Shown here in pieces: positions 40,987 through 51,378 of a stretch of DNA of 64,000 bases. The stretch covers positions 16,456 through 80,455 of the forward strand of contig JBEPVD010000003.1 of the NCBI GenBank assembly GCA_041691155.1, written 5' to 3'. Origin of the DNA: Candidatus Dormiibacterota bacterium. GTDB taxonomy: Bacteria; Chloroflexota; Dormibacteria; Aeolococcales; Aeolococcaceae. The notes below the pieces were generated by a model that was not told the DNA's origin, did no database searches, and saw only the letters and a program-made list of their open reading frames with translations. The translations under genes and the position numbers were made by a program. Each line of letters opens with the position of its first letter. Position 1 is the stretch's first letter.

Positions 40987-41769
40987 TCAGTCGCCCGCCG
41001 AATCCGGCATCGGCGGAAGGAGCGCGACCGTCGCACCGATCGGTCCGGCGTCCTCACCTTCGGCACGACCCCAATAGCGCGAGAACCTGCCGTCGTAGCC
41101 GACCGCGAGGCCCCCGTGGAACGAGATCGGCACCTCGTTCCAATGCGGCGTGTGCCCGTGGACGACCCGGCGCACGCCGAAGTGCGCGAGGTAGCGGTGC
41201 AAACGGTCGGCATCCTCGAAGGCGTGGCGTCCGATCGTGTACCTGAGTGAGTGGAAGGCTCCGCCCCTCGTGGCCAGCCATCCTCGAACGGTTTCGTTCA
41301 CCGAATCCACCGCCGTGCCGATCTCCGCGTAGCGATCGTCATCGGTGTGCTGAGCGAGGGTTCCATCCTCGAGCTCGATGAGCAATGGCAGGGCACGCAG
41401 CCAGGCCTCGAGGCTCTCGTCCGCCGCGACCGCGTGCAGATCCGCCCAGTCCCCACGCCTGCTGAGCCAGAGGTCTTCGATGCTGAGGCCGTCCCGCGTC
41501 CGCCAGGCGCCCAGCTGGTCCCCGCCGCGCGAGCGCTCGAGCATGACGAGCAGGAAGAGATCATGGTTGCCAAGCACGGACTTGGCGTTGCGCCTGCGCA
41601 TCGCGACCTCGGCGGCCGCCGCCCCGCCGCCGGCACCGGGCTCGCCGCCCTGGAAGAAGTCGCCAAGGAAGACCGTATCGACCTCGTCCTCAGGATAGGG
41701 AGCGAGCGCCTCGCGCAGCCGGCCGACATCACCCTGTACGTCGCCGACGATCAGGGTGGGCCGGATCAC
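40987..41769 (-). CDS. Calcineurin-like metallophosphoesterase (PrpE/ApaH-like)
   Basis: GDVQGD...GDFFQGG...GNHD...GHTP motifs. Confidence 0.7.
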   Translation of the reverse strand: MIRPTLIVGDVQGDVGRLREALAPYPEDEVDTVFLGDFFQGGEPGAGGGAAAAEVAMRRRNAKSVLGNHDLFLLVMLERSRGGDQLGAWRTRDGLSIEDLWLSRRGDWADLHAVAADESLEAWLRALPLLIELEDGTLAQHTDDDRYAEIGTAVDSVNETVRGWLATRGGAFHSLRYTIGRHAFEDADRLHRYLAHFGVRRVVHGHTPHWNEVPISFHGGLAVGYDGRFSRYWGRAEGEDAGPIGATVALLPPMPDSAGD

Positions 41770-41796
41770 CTGATCAGGATACGAGCGCGCGCGACC

Positions 41797-43236
41797 TCAC
41801 CCGTCCGCTGCGGCCTTTCGCGTTCGCGCAATCAGCGCGTGGGCTCGCGCGAGCTGTCGCGTGATCGACCGCGGGCCGGGCCCGCCGGGAACGTCGCGGC
41901 GGCGCAGCGCGGCGTCGGGGTCGAAGAGCATTGCGACGCCCGGATCGAAGTGCTTCGAAGCTGCCTGCCATTCCTTGACGTCGAGATCGGCGAGCGTGCG
42001 ACCGGTGGCGAGGGTCTGCGCCACCAGCGCCCCGACGATGGTGTGCGCCTCGCGAAAAGGCACGCCGTTGGCGACCAGGTGCTCCGCGATGTCGGTCGCC
42101 TGGAGGGCAGGATCCGAAGCCGCGCGTCGCATCGCATCGACATCGAAGTGCACGACCGTGATCACCTCGGTGAGCATGCGCAGCGTTGATGCGGTGGCGT
42201 CGACCGCGTCGAAAAGCGGCTCCTTGTCCTCCTGCAGATCGCGGTTGTAGGTCAACGGCAGGCCCTTCAATACGGTGAGCAACGCGACCCAGTCACCGAT
42301 GACACGACCGCTGCGACCGCGCGCGAGCTCGGCGACGTCGGCGTTCTTCTTCTGCGGCATCAACGATGAGCCGGTGGCGTGACTGTCGGGAAGGGCGGCG
42401 AACCCGAACTCCGCGCTCGACCAGAGCACGAGTTCCTCGCCAAGACGCGAGCAGTGCACCATGACCAGCGCGCACGCGGCGGTGATGTCGACGGCGAAAT
42501 CCCTGTCGGCGACAGCGTCCATGCTGTTGGCCGCAATGCGGCTGAAGCCGAGCTCGTGGGCGACGCGGGACTTGTCGAGTGGCAACGTGGAACCTGCCAG
42601 CGCGCCGCTCCCCAGCGGCAGCTCGTCGCATGCCACCCGCGCCGCGCCGAGGCGGAGCGCATCGCGGCCGAGCATCTCGACATAGGCGAGCAGGTGATGC
42701 GCGAGCGAGACCACCTGCGCTCGCTGCAGATGGGTGTACCCAGGCATCGGCGCCGCCCGATGTTCCGCGGCGCGCGCCACCAACGCTTCCTGCAACCCTG
42801 CGAGCGCCACCAGCAGGTCGGTGCAGGCGCGCCGCGCCCACATGCGAAGGTCGGTTGCCACCTGGTCGTTGCGACTGCGCCCGGTGTGGAGCATCCCTGC
42901 CACCGGCCCGGCGATTTCGTGGAGCCTCCGCTCCACCGCGGTGTGGATGTCCTCGTCGCCCGGCGACGTCTCGAACGTGTTGCTCGAGAGCTCGGTGGCA
43001 ATGGCGCGGAGTCCCGCGTCGATGGCTCGGTGTTGCGCGAGAGTCAGGATGCCGACGCTGCGCAGCATGCGTGCGTGGGCGCGCGAACCCACCACGTCAT
43101 CTGCACCAAGTCGCCCATCGATGGCGAGGCTCGAGGTGTACGTCTCGACAAGAGCCGACGTGGGTGCGCTCAGGCGCCCCGCCCACACCTTGGCCGTGCG
43201 CGTCTGGGCGCGCGCGCGCCGCTCAGGCGTCGCCAC
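41797..43236 (-). CDS. argH: Argininosuccinate lyase
   Basis: ...VWAGRLS... followed by fumarase/aspartase family signatures ([10 protein letters not shown]). The start is approximate, from GTG 43236 or 43188. Confidence 0.85.
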   Translation of the reverse strand: MATPERRARAQTRTAKVWAGRLSAPTSALVETYTSSLAIDGRLGADDVVGSRAHARMLRSVGILTLAQHRAIDAGLRAIATELSSNTFETSPGDEDIHTAVERRLHEIAGPVAGMLHTGRSRNDQVATDLRMWARRACTDLLVALAGLQEALVARAAEHRAAPMPGYTHLQRAQVVSLAHHLLAYVEMLGRDALRLGAARVACDELPLGSGALAGSTLPLDKSRVAHELGFSRIAANSMDAVADRDFAVDITAACALVMVHCSRLGEELVLWSSAEFGFAALPDSHATGSSLMPQKKNADVAELARGRSGRVIGDWVALLTVLKGLPLTYNRDLQEDKEPLFDAVDATASTLRMLTEVITVVHFDVDAMRRAASDPALQATDIAEHLVANGVPFREAHTIVGALVAQTLATGRTLADLDVKEWQAASKHFDPGVAMLFDPDAALRRRDVPGGPGPRSITRQLARAHALIARTRKAAADG

Positions 43237-44479
43237 GCCGCCTGGTTCGCCGCTCGACGTGCAATGGTGCCGTATCTTCCAGTGCACCCTGGATGCGCGT
43301 CTGCGTGCGCAATGGAAGGCCGAACAATTCGATGAACCCGCGCGCCGCCGCGTGATCGAACGTGTCCGAGACGCGGTCGTAAGTGGCAAGGTTGTTGCTG
43401 TACAGCGAGCGTTCCGCACGTCGCCCGACGACCTGTGCGGTTCCTCCCTCGAGGCGCATGAGAACCACACCGGTGACGTGCACCTGCGTCTCCTGCACGA
43501 ACGCGTCCAGCGCAGTTCGCAGTGCGGAGAACCAGAGCCCGTCGTAGACGAGGCGCGCCCATTCGTCGGCGACGATGCGCTGGAATCTCGCGACGTCGCG
43601 CGTGACCGTCAGGCTCTCGATCGCGTGATGCGCGGCATGCAGCGTCACCGCGGCCGGCGCCTCGTAGATCTCGCGCGACTTGATGCCGACGAGGCGGTTC
43701 TCCACGTGATCGATGCGGCCGATCCCGCGAGCGCCCGCTGTCGCATTGAGCTCGGTCACCAGCGTGTCGCCGCTGAGCCGGCGCCCGTCCAGGGACACCG
43801 GGACCCCACGCTCGAAGCCGATCTCGACGACCACGCCGGGAGCCTGCGCGGCGGGATGCGCAGTCCACTCGTAAACGTCGTCGGGGGCCTCGATCCAGGG
43901 GTCCTCGAGGACGCCGGTTTCAATGCTGCGGCCCCAGAGGTTCGCATCAACGGAGTACGGGGACGCTTTGGTGACCGGCACCGCAATCCCGTGCTGCTCT
44001 GCGTACTCGAGCTCCTGCGGCCTTCCCATATCCCAGTCGCGTACGGGAGCGACCACTCGAAGCTCGGGCGCGAGCGCGCCGACCGCGACATCGAAACGCA
44101 CCTGATCATTGCCTTTGCCGGTGCATCCGTGCGCCACCGCGACGGCCCCCTCCTCGCGCGCCACGTCGACGAGCAGCTTGGCGATCAGCGGGCGAGCGAG
44201 CGCCGTTGCCAGCGGGTAGACGCCTTCATAGAGTGCGGATGCCGCCAGAGTCGGAAAGCAGAACGAGTCGACGAACACGCGCCGTGCATCCGCGACATGC
44301 GCGCTCAGCGCCCCGGTGGTCAGGGCGCGCGTGGCGACGGCATCGACGTCCTTCGACTCGCCGAGGTCGGCCGTCAGCGTGATCACGTCGTAGCCCAGCT
44401 CCTCCTGGAGCCAGCGGATCGCCACCGACGTGTCGAGTCCACCGCTGTAGGCCAGCACGCAGCGTTCACGCGCGGTCAT
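43223..44479 (-). CDS. argG: Argininosuccinate synthase
   Basis: The start is taken at MTARERCVLAYSGGLDTSV (PP-loop). The 52-codon 5' extension of the ORF is spurious. Confidence 0.9.
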   Translation of the reverse strand: MTARERCVLAYSGGLDTSVAIRWLQEELGYDVITLTADLGESKDVDAVATRALTTGALSAHVADARRVFVDSFCFPTLAASALYEGVYPLATALARPLIAKLLVDVAREEGAVAVAHGCTGKGNDQVRFDVAVGALAPELRVVAPVRDWDMGRPQELEYAEQHGIAVPVTKASPYSVDANLWGRSIETGVLEDPWIEAPDDVYEWTAHPAAQAPGVVVEIGFERGVPVSLDGRRLSGDTLVTELNATAGARGIGRIDHVENRLVGIKSREIYEAPAAVTLHAAHHAIESLTVTRDVARFQRIVADEWARLVYDGLWFSALRTALDAFVQETQVHVTGVVLMRLEGGTAQVVGRRAERSLYSNNLATYDRVSDTFDHAAARGFIELFGLPLRTQTRIQGALEDTAPLHVERRTRRRGDA

Positions 44480-44973
44480 GCCACCTCCTCCAGCAGCGAG
44501 CGCAGCCGCAGCAACAAGCGCTGCGCCGCGGGACGCGACCGCGCGATCACGAGCACGGTGTCGTCGCCCGCGATGGTGCCGGCAACCTCTTCGAATCGCG
44601 AGGCGTCCAGTGCCCCGCCGACCAGCGGCGCGCAACCCGGTGCGGTGTGCACGATGCCGAACAGATCGATGAACTCGATGCCCTGCACGTGCTCGCGGAT
44701 CGCGTTGCGCAGTCGCTGGAGCGTCTGCTCCTCGTCGAGCTCCGCGACGGGCGCCATGTAGCGTGGGCCCGCGTCATCGTGGACGCGAAGCAGACCGAGC
44801 TCGCGGATGTCCCGGCTGACGGTCGCCTGCGTGACCGGGAAACGGCGGCGATGCAGCGCGTCAACGAGATCCTCCTGGGTTCTGATGACGCCGCCTCGAA
44901 CCAGCCCGAGGATGGCGCGATGACGCGCGGGCTTGGCGGCAGTCCCAGTGGTGCGAGCCACGCTCGTGGTCAC
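44476..44973 (-). CDS. argR: Arginine repressor
   Basis: Winged-helix N-terminus ...QATVSRDIRELGL... plus a C-terminal oligomerisation/arginine-binding domain ...GTIAGDDTVLVI. ATGA overlap with argG. Confidence 0.85.
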   Translation of the reverse strand: MTTSVARTTGTAAKPARHRAILGLVRGGVIRTQEDLVDALHRRRFPVTQATVSRDIRELGLLRVHDDAGPRYMAPVAELDEEQTLQRLRNAIREHVQGIEFIDLFGIVHTAPGCAPLVGGALDASRFEEVAGTIAGDDTVLVIARSRPAAQRLLLRLRSLLEEVA

Positions 44974-46190
44974 GACGCGTCTCCCTCAACGGCGACGGCG
45001 TCGAATGCCCTACGGAGGCGAGCGACGGCGAGGTCAACCTCGTCCCGCGTGATGATCAACGGTGGGACCAGTCGAAGCGTTCGATCGCCGATCGCGTTGA
45101 CGATCAGGCCTTCGTCGAGCGCCGCAGCCGCCACATCGCGTGCGACGTCGCGGCTCAGGCCGATGCCGATCATCAAGCCGCGACCACGCACAGCAGCGAT
45201 TGGCGCGCCGTGTTCGGCAAGTGCGCTCAATGACTCGGCGAGATAGTCACCGACCTCGGCAGCGTGTTGCACGAGGCCGTCGCGCAGGACGGTGCGCATG
45301 ACCGCAACCGCGGCGGCGCACGCGAGTGGCCCGCCACCGAACGTGGAGCCATGGTCGCCGGGCTCGAAGACGTCGGCGCGAGGCGCGGCAAGGATGGCCC
45401 CGATCGGGAACCCGCCACCCAGCCCCTTCGCCACCGTCATCACGTCCGGCGCGGCGTGCTCGTGCTGGTATGCCCACCACCGGCCGGTGCGTCCCATGCC
45501 GGTCTGCACCTCGTCGAGGATCAGCAGCACATCGCGCTCGTCGCACAGGGTGCGGATGGCGGCGAGACGCCCCGCATCAAGCGGCACCACGCCGCTCTCG
45601 CCTTCGATGGGCTCGAGCAGCACCGCGCACGTGTTGGAGTCGATGGTCTGCTCGAGCGCGTCCATGTCGTTGTAGCGGACATGCACGAACCCCTTCGGCA
45701 AGGGCTCGAACGGCTCACGATACCGCGGGTTGCCGGTGGCGGCGAGCGCACCGAGGGTCCGCCCGTGAAACGCGCCCTGCGCGCAGACGATGACGTCGGC
45801 ACCGCCGCGATGGCGCTTACCCCACTTGCGGGCGAGCTTGATGGCGCCCTCGTTTGCCTCGGCCCCGCTGTTGCAGAAGAACACGCGCGACGGAAACGCA
45901 GAGGCGATCAGCAGCTCGGCAAGCTCGAGTTGCGGTTCGGTGTAGTAGAGGTTGCTGGTGTGGATGAGGGCCGCCGCCTGCTCGGCGATCGCGCCCGTGA
46001 GCGCCGGATGGTTGTGGCCGAGAAGGTTCACGGCGATGCCGCCGACCAGGTCGAGAAACTCACGGCCGTCGTCGGTCTTGACCCAGACGCCGTTGCCACT
46101 CTGCAACGCGAGCGGTTGGCGCTGGTAGGTGTCCATCAACGCGGCCTTGGCACGCGCGGCAAGCGTGCTGGTGACCGGCGCCGCGGTCAC
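44970..46190 (-). CDS. argD: Acetylornithine aminotransferase
   Basis: Class III PLP aminotransferase with the Lys motif ...DVMTVAKGLGGG... Confidence 0.9.
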   Translation of the reverse strand: MTAAPVTSTLAARAKAALMDTYQRQPLALQSGNGVWVKTDDGREFLDLVGGIAVNLLGHNHPALTGAIAEQAAALIHTSNLYYTEPQLELAELLIASAFPSRVFFCNSGAEANEGAIKLARKWGKRHRGGADVIVCAQGAFHGRTLGALAATGNPRYREPFEPLPKGFVHVRYNDMDALEQTIDSNTCAVLLEPIEGESGVVPLDAGRLAAIRTLCDERDVLLILDEVQTGMGRTGRWWAYQHEHAAPDVMTVAKGLGGGFPIGAILAAPRADVFEPGDHGSTFGGGPLACAAAVAVMRTVLRDGLVQHAAEVGDYLAESLSALAEHGAPIAAVRGRGLMIGIGLSRDVARDVAAAALDEGLIVNAIGDRTLRLVPPLIITRDEVDLAVARLRRAFDAVAVEGDAS

Positions 46191-47062
46191 GCCGGTTCCG
46201 GCTGCGTGATCATGGTGCCGACTCCGCGTTCGGTGAGCAGCTCGAGGAGGAGCGCGTGTGGAACGCGCGCGTCGATGATGTGTGTGGCCGATCCGCCTTC
46301 TGTGGCCCGGATCGCCGCTTCGATCTTCGGAATCATGCCGTCGCGAATGACGCCCGCAGCCAGGAGCTCCCGTCCACGAACCGCATCAAGCTCGCTGATC
46401 AAAACGCCCTGCGCATCGCGGACGCCTTCGACGTCGGTCATCAGGATGAGCTTGCTGGCGTGCAGCGCCACCGCCAGCTCAGCGGCGACCGTGTCGGCGT
46501 TCACGTTGTACGCCTGTCCGTCGTAACCGAGCCCGATGGACGCCATTACCGGGATGCGTCCTTGATCGAGAATCGCCATGAGCGGCTCGGGATTCACCTG
46601 GGCAACGTCACCCACAAAACCGAGATCCGCACCGCTCGCGTCGGTGCGCCGGCGCACCAGCAGTGTCGGCCCATCCTCGCCGGAGAGGCCGATCGCCCCT
46701 GCGCCGAGGGTGTTGATGCGCGCGACGATGTCGGGTCCCACCTTGCCCGTCAACACCATCTTCGCGATCTCCATGGTGGGCGCGTCCGTGACGCGCAGGC
46801 CGTTCACGAACCTGGTCTCGATCCCCATCCGCTGCTGCCAGGCGCTGATCTCCGCGCCACCGCCGTGCACGATCACGGGTCGCATGCCGACGAAACGCAG
46901 GAGCACGATGTCCTCGAGCACTGCGTCGAGGTCCGCGGCCACGCTGGCCGCGCCGCCGACCTTCACCACGAGGATGTGGCCCGCGAAACGCTTGATGTAC
47001 GGCAGTGCCTCGATGAGCACCTCGGCACGCTGAATCCGTTCGTCGATGGTCTGTTCTGGCAT
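46187..47062 (-). CDS. argB: Acetylglutamate kinase
   Basis: ...ILVVKVGGA...PVIVHGGG... amino-acid kinase family. Confidence 0.9.
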   Translation of the reverse strand: MPEQTIDERIQRAEVLIEALPYIKRFAGHILVVKVGGAASVAADLDAVLEDIVLLRFVGMRPVIVHGGGAEISAWQQRMGIETRFVNGLRVTDAPTMEIAKMVLTGKVGPDIVARINTLGAGAIGLSGEDGPTLLVRRRTDASGADLGFVGDVAQVNPEPLMAILDQGRIPVMASIGLGYDGQAYNVNADTVAAELAVALHASKLILMTDVEGVRDAQGVLISELDAVRGRELLAAGVIRDGMIPKIEAAIRATEGGSATHIIDARVPHALLLELLTERGVGTMITQPEPA

Positions 47063-47102
47063 GGTTAGCTGCTGGCTGTCTCCGTATCAGATCGTGTAGT
47101 CA

Positions 47103-48338
47103 TCAGGTCGTGTAATCGGCGTTGATGCGAACGTATTCCGCCGAAAGGTCGCAACCCCAGGCGTGGCCCGATCCCTCACCGGCGCCCAGCTCGATCGCGA
47201 TGTCGAGCCGCGGCTGCGACAGCGCAAGGCGGATGCGAGAGCTGTCCATGGCTGCGGGTGCGCCGCGATCGAAGACAACCAGACCGCCGATGGCGACGCT
47301 GCAGCGGTCGAGCGTGAACGTGGCGCCACTGCGTCCGAGCGCCGCGACAATGCGTCCCCAGTTGGGATCGCCGCCGTGGATGGCCGTCTTCACGAGCGGG
47401 CTCAGCGCGACGACGCGTGCCGCGACGCGCGCCTGGGCGGCATCCGCCGCGCCATCGACGGTGACCCGGAAGTGACGCGTCGCGCCTTCGGCGTCGGCGA
47501 CGAGTTGCTCCGCGAGTGAGTCGCACACCTGCAGCAGCGCTGCCTCGAAGGCCGCAGCCGCCGCGGTATCGCTCACGATTCGCTCGCCACCCGCCGCGCC
47601 GTTGGCAAGCAGGATGCAGGTGTCGTTGGTCGACGTGTCGCCGTCGACGGTCACGCAGTTGAAGGTGTTGTCGGTCGTGCGAGACAGGGCCGCGTGAAGG
47701 AACGACGCCTCCACCGGGGCGTCGGTGGTGATGAACGCGAGCAGCGTCGCCATATCGGGGTGGATCATGCCGGCGCCTTTCGCGGTGCCACCGATCGTGT
47801 ATGTGCTGTGGCTGACGGCGAAGGTGGTCTCGGCAACCTTCTCGACGGTATCGGTGGTCATGATCGCCCGCGCGACATCGCCGCCCGCGCCCGGCGACAG
47901 CGCCAGCGCTGCTGACCGGATGCCGCGCACCACGCGGTCCATGGGCATTGGCCGGCCGATGACACCGGTACTGCAGACCAGCACGTCACTGGGGTCGAGA
48001 TCGAGGGAATCACCCGTCGTGGTGCACATCACCAGCGCGTCTCGGAATCCCTGCGCGCCGGTGCACGCGTTGGCGTTGCCGGCGTTGACGACAACCGCCG
48101 AAATCGGCGTGCCGCGACGCAGTGTCAGTTGGGAGATGACGACCGGCGCCGCCTTGACCGTGTTGCGGGTGAACACCGCGGCCGCGGTTGCGGGCGTATC
48201 CGACCGGATCACCGCGATATCGGTGCGACTCTCGTTGCCGTCCAGGCGTATGCCCGCAGCCGCAACACCGGCGCGGAAACCGAGAGGTGCGCACACGCCG
48301 GCGCGCACATGATCCGTCGCCGTCGCGCTCATGGCCAC
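47103..48338 (-). CDS. argJ: Bifunctional ornithine acetyltransferase / N-acetylglutamate synthase
   Basis: Self-cleavage region ...PDMATLLAFITTDA... Confidence 0.9.
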   Translation of the reverse strand: MAMSATATDHVRAGVCAPLGFRAGVAAAGIRLDGNESRTDIAVIRSDTPATAAAVFTRNTVKAAPVVISQLTLRRGTPISAVVVNAGNANACTGAQGFRDALVMCTTTGDSLDLDPSDVLVCSTGVIGRPMPMDRVVRGIRSAALALSPGAGGDVARAIMTTDTVEKVAETTFAVSHSTYTIGGTAKGAGMIHPDMATLLAFITTDAPVEASFLHAALSRTTDNTFNCVTVDGDTSTNDTCILLANGAAGGERIVSDTAAAAAFEAALLQVCDSLAEQLVADAEGATRHFRVTVDGAADAAQARVAARVVALSPLVKTAIHGGDPNWGRIVAALGRSGATFTLDRCSVAIGGLVVFDRGAPAAMDSSRIRLALSQPRLDIAIELGAGEGSGHAWGCDLSAEYVRINADYTT

Positions 48339-49354
48339 AGGACTCGGGACCCCAGCCCGGCCGTCTCTGCGAAACCGAATCGGACGTTCATCGCGTGCAC
48401 TGCCTGACCGGCCCCACCCTTGCCGAGATTGTCGATGGCGACCGTGATCACCGCGGTGCCGTCCTGCCAGCCGGCGTGAATGGAGGCGCGGTTGGTGCCG
48501 GTGACGCTCTTGGTCGCCGGCGGTGTGTGCGCGTGATCGAGGAACGGGCTCGTGTCGCAGAACGCGGCGTAGACATCGTGGAGCTGGTCTTCGGTCACGC
48601 CGGTGCGAGGCCGCAAATACGCCGTGGCGAGAATACCGCGCGTCATCGGAATCAGATGCGGCACAAAGGTGAGGCGCACCTCGGTGCCCGCAGCCTCACG
48701 CAACTGCTGGAGCATCTCGGATTTGTGGCGATGGCCATCGACACCATAGGCGTGGACGGACTCGTTCACCTCAGAGAACAGGTTGGCAACCTTGGCCTCG
48801 CGGCCGGCGCCGCTGACGCCGCTCTTGGCGTCGACGACGATGTCCGGTTCGATGAGTCCGGCGCGGAGTGCGGGGACGGTCGCGAGCAAGGCCGCAGTCG
48901 GATAGCACCCTGGGACCGAGATGAGATTCGCGTTCGTGAGGTGCTCCCGCTGCAACTCGACCATCGCGTACACGGCCTCCCCGAGCAGATCGGGTGATGG
49001 ATGCTCGACGCCGTACCAGCGCTGATAGTCCGATGCGTCATGCAGGCGGAAGTCCGCCGAGCAATCGATGACGGTCGCGCCACCGGCGAGCCATCCGGCG
49101 GCGAGCGTGCCCGCAACCGTGTGCGGCAGCGCGGCCATGACGACGTCGACGGATCCGGGATCGAGCGTGTCCTCAATGGTCAGTTCGACGGTGCTGCCCG
49201 GTACGACATCGCAATACCGTTTGCCGGCGCTGGTGTGACCGAGCACCCGCGTGAGGTCGACGTCCGGGTGTTCGGCGAGCAGTGCCGTGCACTGCATGCC
49301 GATATAACCGGTGGAGCCGACCACGGCGGCGCGCAGAGGGGCAGCCTGGGGCAT
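48329..49354 (-). CDS. argC: N-acetyl-gamma-glutamyl-phosphate reductase
   Basis: ...VVGSTGYIG... with the catalytic Cys region ...ISVPGCYPTA... Confidence 0.9.
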   Translation of the reverse strand: MPQAAPLRAAVVGSTGYIGMQCTALLAEHPDVDLTRVLGHTSAGKRYCDVVPGSTVELTIEDTLDPGSVDVVMAALPHTVAGTLAAGWLAGGATVIDCSADFRLHDASDYQRWYGVEHPSPDLLGEAVYAMVELQREHLTNANLISVPGCYPTAALLATVPALRAGLIEPDIVVDAKSGVSGAGREAKVANLFSEVNESVHAYGVDGHRHKSEMLQQLREAAGTEVRLTFVPHLIPMTRGILATAYLRPRTGVTEDQLHDVYAAFCDTSPFLDHAHTPPATKSVTGTNRASIHAGWQDGTAVITVAIDNLGKGGAGQAVHAMNVRFGFAETAGLGSRVLWP

Positions 49355-49359
49355 GGCCC

Positions 49360-49395
49360 ATGAGTATACATTCTGCTCTGCATACTTATGCAGAG
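49360..49395. promoter_or_regulatory. Putative ArgR operator (ARG box): perfect palindrome CTCTGCATACTTATGCAGAG with an adjacent half-site-like TATACATTCTG
   Basis: It lies 5-40 nt upstream of the argC start. The TGCATA-n4-TATGCA core matches actinobacterial ARG boxes (established knowledge). argR is in the same operon. Confidence 0.45.
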
Positions 49396-49398
49396 GGC

Positions 49399-51378
49399 TT
49401 AGTCTCCCGACGGCTCCTCCGCCACTTCGGCGCGTTTCCCGGATGGCAAGCGCGCTCCGCGTTTCAACCCCTTGACCCCAAGCGTCCGCCGGCGAGCTCG
49501 CTCCATGTTCACCGCCGCGCCGACCAATGCGAGGTGCGTGAACGCCTGCGGGAAGTTGCCCAACAACTGCCCGCTGCGCACGTCCACCTCCTCGGAGAAC
49601 AGCCCGAGTGGAGAACTGAAGTGGAGCAGGCGCTCGAAGCGTCGCTCCGCCTCCTCGAGGTTGCCGGTATGGGCCAGCGCGTCGACCAGCCAGAACGACG
49701 TGAGAAAGAAAGCGCCCTCCTGGCCGCGCAAGCCGTCGACACTCTCATCGAGCCGATATCGGTTCACCAACACCCCTTCCCCGAGGTGCTCGGCGATGGC
49801 TCGTACCGTCGAGTGTATCCGCGGGTCCTTGTCGGCAAGAAAGCGCACCTGGCTGATGCGCAGCACGGCGGCGTCGAGCGCGTCCTCGTCGAATTCCTGC
49901 GTGAACGACTGCCGGTGCATCGAGTATCCGCGCGACGTGATGGCGCGATGGATGCTGAGCCGCGCGCTGCGCCATGCGGCTTTGTCGTACGGCAACTGGT
50001 AGCGATCTGCGATGCGGATGCCGCGGTCGACGGCGACCCAGCACATCAATTTGCTGTAGGTGTACTGCCTTCGCTCGCTGCGTACCTCCCAGATCGAGGA
50101 GTCCGGCTCACGCCAGCGCTGGATGGCCAGCTCGATGATGCCGCGCAATCCCTCCCAGAGTTCTGCGGTGATGACACCACCGAACCGAGCGTAGATGTAG
50201 GCGCTGTCCAGCACTTCGCCGAACACGTCGAGCTGGAGCTGGTGCGCGGCAGCGTTGCCGGTACGCACCGGCCCGGAGTTTCGGTATCCCGAGAGATGGT
50301 CGAGGGTGTGCTCCGCGGCGTGGGAATGGCCACTCAGATCGAAGAGGTTGGGAATGTCATCGGGATCCGCCGCCGCGAGATGGCGGTGGGACAGCCAGTC
50401 GAAGAAGGCCGTCGCCTCGGCCGTCAACCCGAGCTGAAAGAAGGCGTAGAGCGTGAACGACGCGTCGCGCAGCCACGTGAATCGGTAGTCCCAGTTGCGC
50501 TCGCCGCCGATCACCTCGGGGAGGCTCGTGGTAGGCGCGGCGATGATGGCGCCAGTTGGCGCGTAGGTCATCAGCTTCAAGGCGAGTGCCGACCGCCACA
50601 CGTGCTGCTGGTAGGGACCGTGGTAGTCCACCTGTCCGACCCACTGCCACCAGTACTGCTGGCTTTCGCGCAGTGCCGTCCGGGCCCGCTCGACGCTCCA
50701 GGAAGGGGCGCCGCATTTTCCTTCCGGGCCGCAGTGCAGCGAGAACGCCGCCGCCTGCGTGGCACGGAGCATGAAGGAGCTGTCGGGGCCGTCGAGTTCG
50801 ACAGTCGAGCTCAGGCAGAGATGCAGCGCGTTGGCGTCGGCATGCATCCGCCCGTGTTCCATGGAGAGCCGCACCGGGGTGCGGGCAAAGTCCGGCGCGG
50901 GGTCGAAGACCTGGTGCATGGTCATCTCGCCGGCGAGGCACTCGACGAGCCGGATCACTCGCGGGTGGTTGTGCGGCTTGGCGTGCTGCATGACCGAATG
51001 CTCGTCCACGGGCATGAAGTCGGTGACCACCACGACCCCGGTCCCCGTCGAGAAGACCGTGTCGAGGAGATTGGTGCGGTCGCGATAGCGCTGGTGGACC
51101 TGATGCGGCTCGTCCGGATGGATCTGCCAGCTCCCGCCCCTCTCACCGTCCAGAATCCGTGCGAACAGCGCCGGGCCGTCGAAGCGTGGCAGGCACAGCC
51201 AGTCGATGCTGCCGTCAACCCCCACGAGCGCCGCCGACCGGCAGTCGCCAATCAGGCCATACGCGCCGATCTGGAGATATCCGTCGATCCGCTCGGACGA
51301 GCTTGCTCGTCCCTTCGGCTCCGTCCGCCTAGTACTCGTCCTCGGGGCGCGCGTCATCGTCCTCCTCGACGTCGGCAC
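49399..51378 (-). CDS. Glycoside hydrolase family 15 (glucoamylase/trehalase-like)
   Basis: ...YGLIGDCRSAALVG...GSIDWLCLPRFD...LPEVIGGERNWDYRFTWLRDASFTLYAF... The start is uncertain because the first Met would overlap the upstream gene by 50 nt. Confidence 0.8.
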   Translation of the reverse strand: MPTSRRTMTRAPRTSTRRTEPKGRASSSERIDGYLQIGAYGLIGDCRSAALVGVDGSIDWLCLPRFDGPALFARILDGERGGSWQIHPDEPHQVHQRYRDRTNLLDTVFSTGTGVVVVTDFMPVDEHSVMQHAKPHNHPRVIRLVECLAGEMTMHQVFDPAPDFARTPVRLSMEHGRMHADANALHLCLSSTVELDGPDSSFMLRATQAAAFSLHCGPEGKCGAPSWSVERARTALRESQQYWWQWVGQVDYHGPYQQHVWRSALALKLMTYAPTGAIIAAPTTSLPEVIGGERNWDYRFTWLRDASFTLYAFFQLGLTAEATAFFDWLSHRHLAAADPDDIPNLFDLSGHSHAAEHTLDHLSGYRNSGPVRTGNAAAHQLQLDVFGEVLDSAYIYARFGGVITAELWEGLRGIIELAIQRWREPDSSIWEVRSERRQYTYSKLMCWVAVDRGIRIADRYQLPYDKAAWRSARLSIHRAITSRGYSMHRQSFTQEFDEDALDAAVLRISQVRFLADKDPRIHSTVRAIAEHLGEGVLVNRYRLDESVDGLRGQEGAFFLTSFWLVDALAHTGNLEEAERRFERLLHFSSPLGLFSEEVDVRSGQLLGNFPQAFTHLALVGAAVNMERARRRTLGVKGLKRGARLPSGKRAEVAEEPSGD

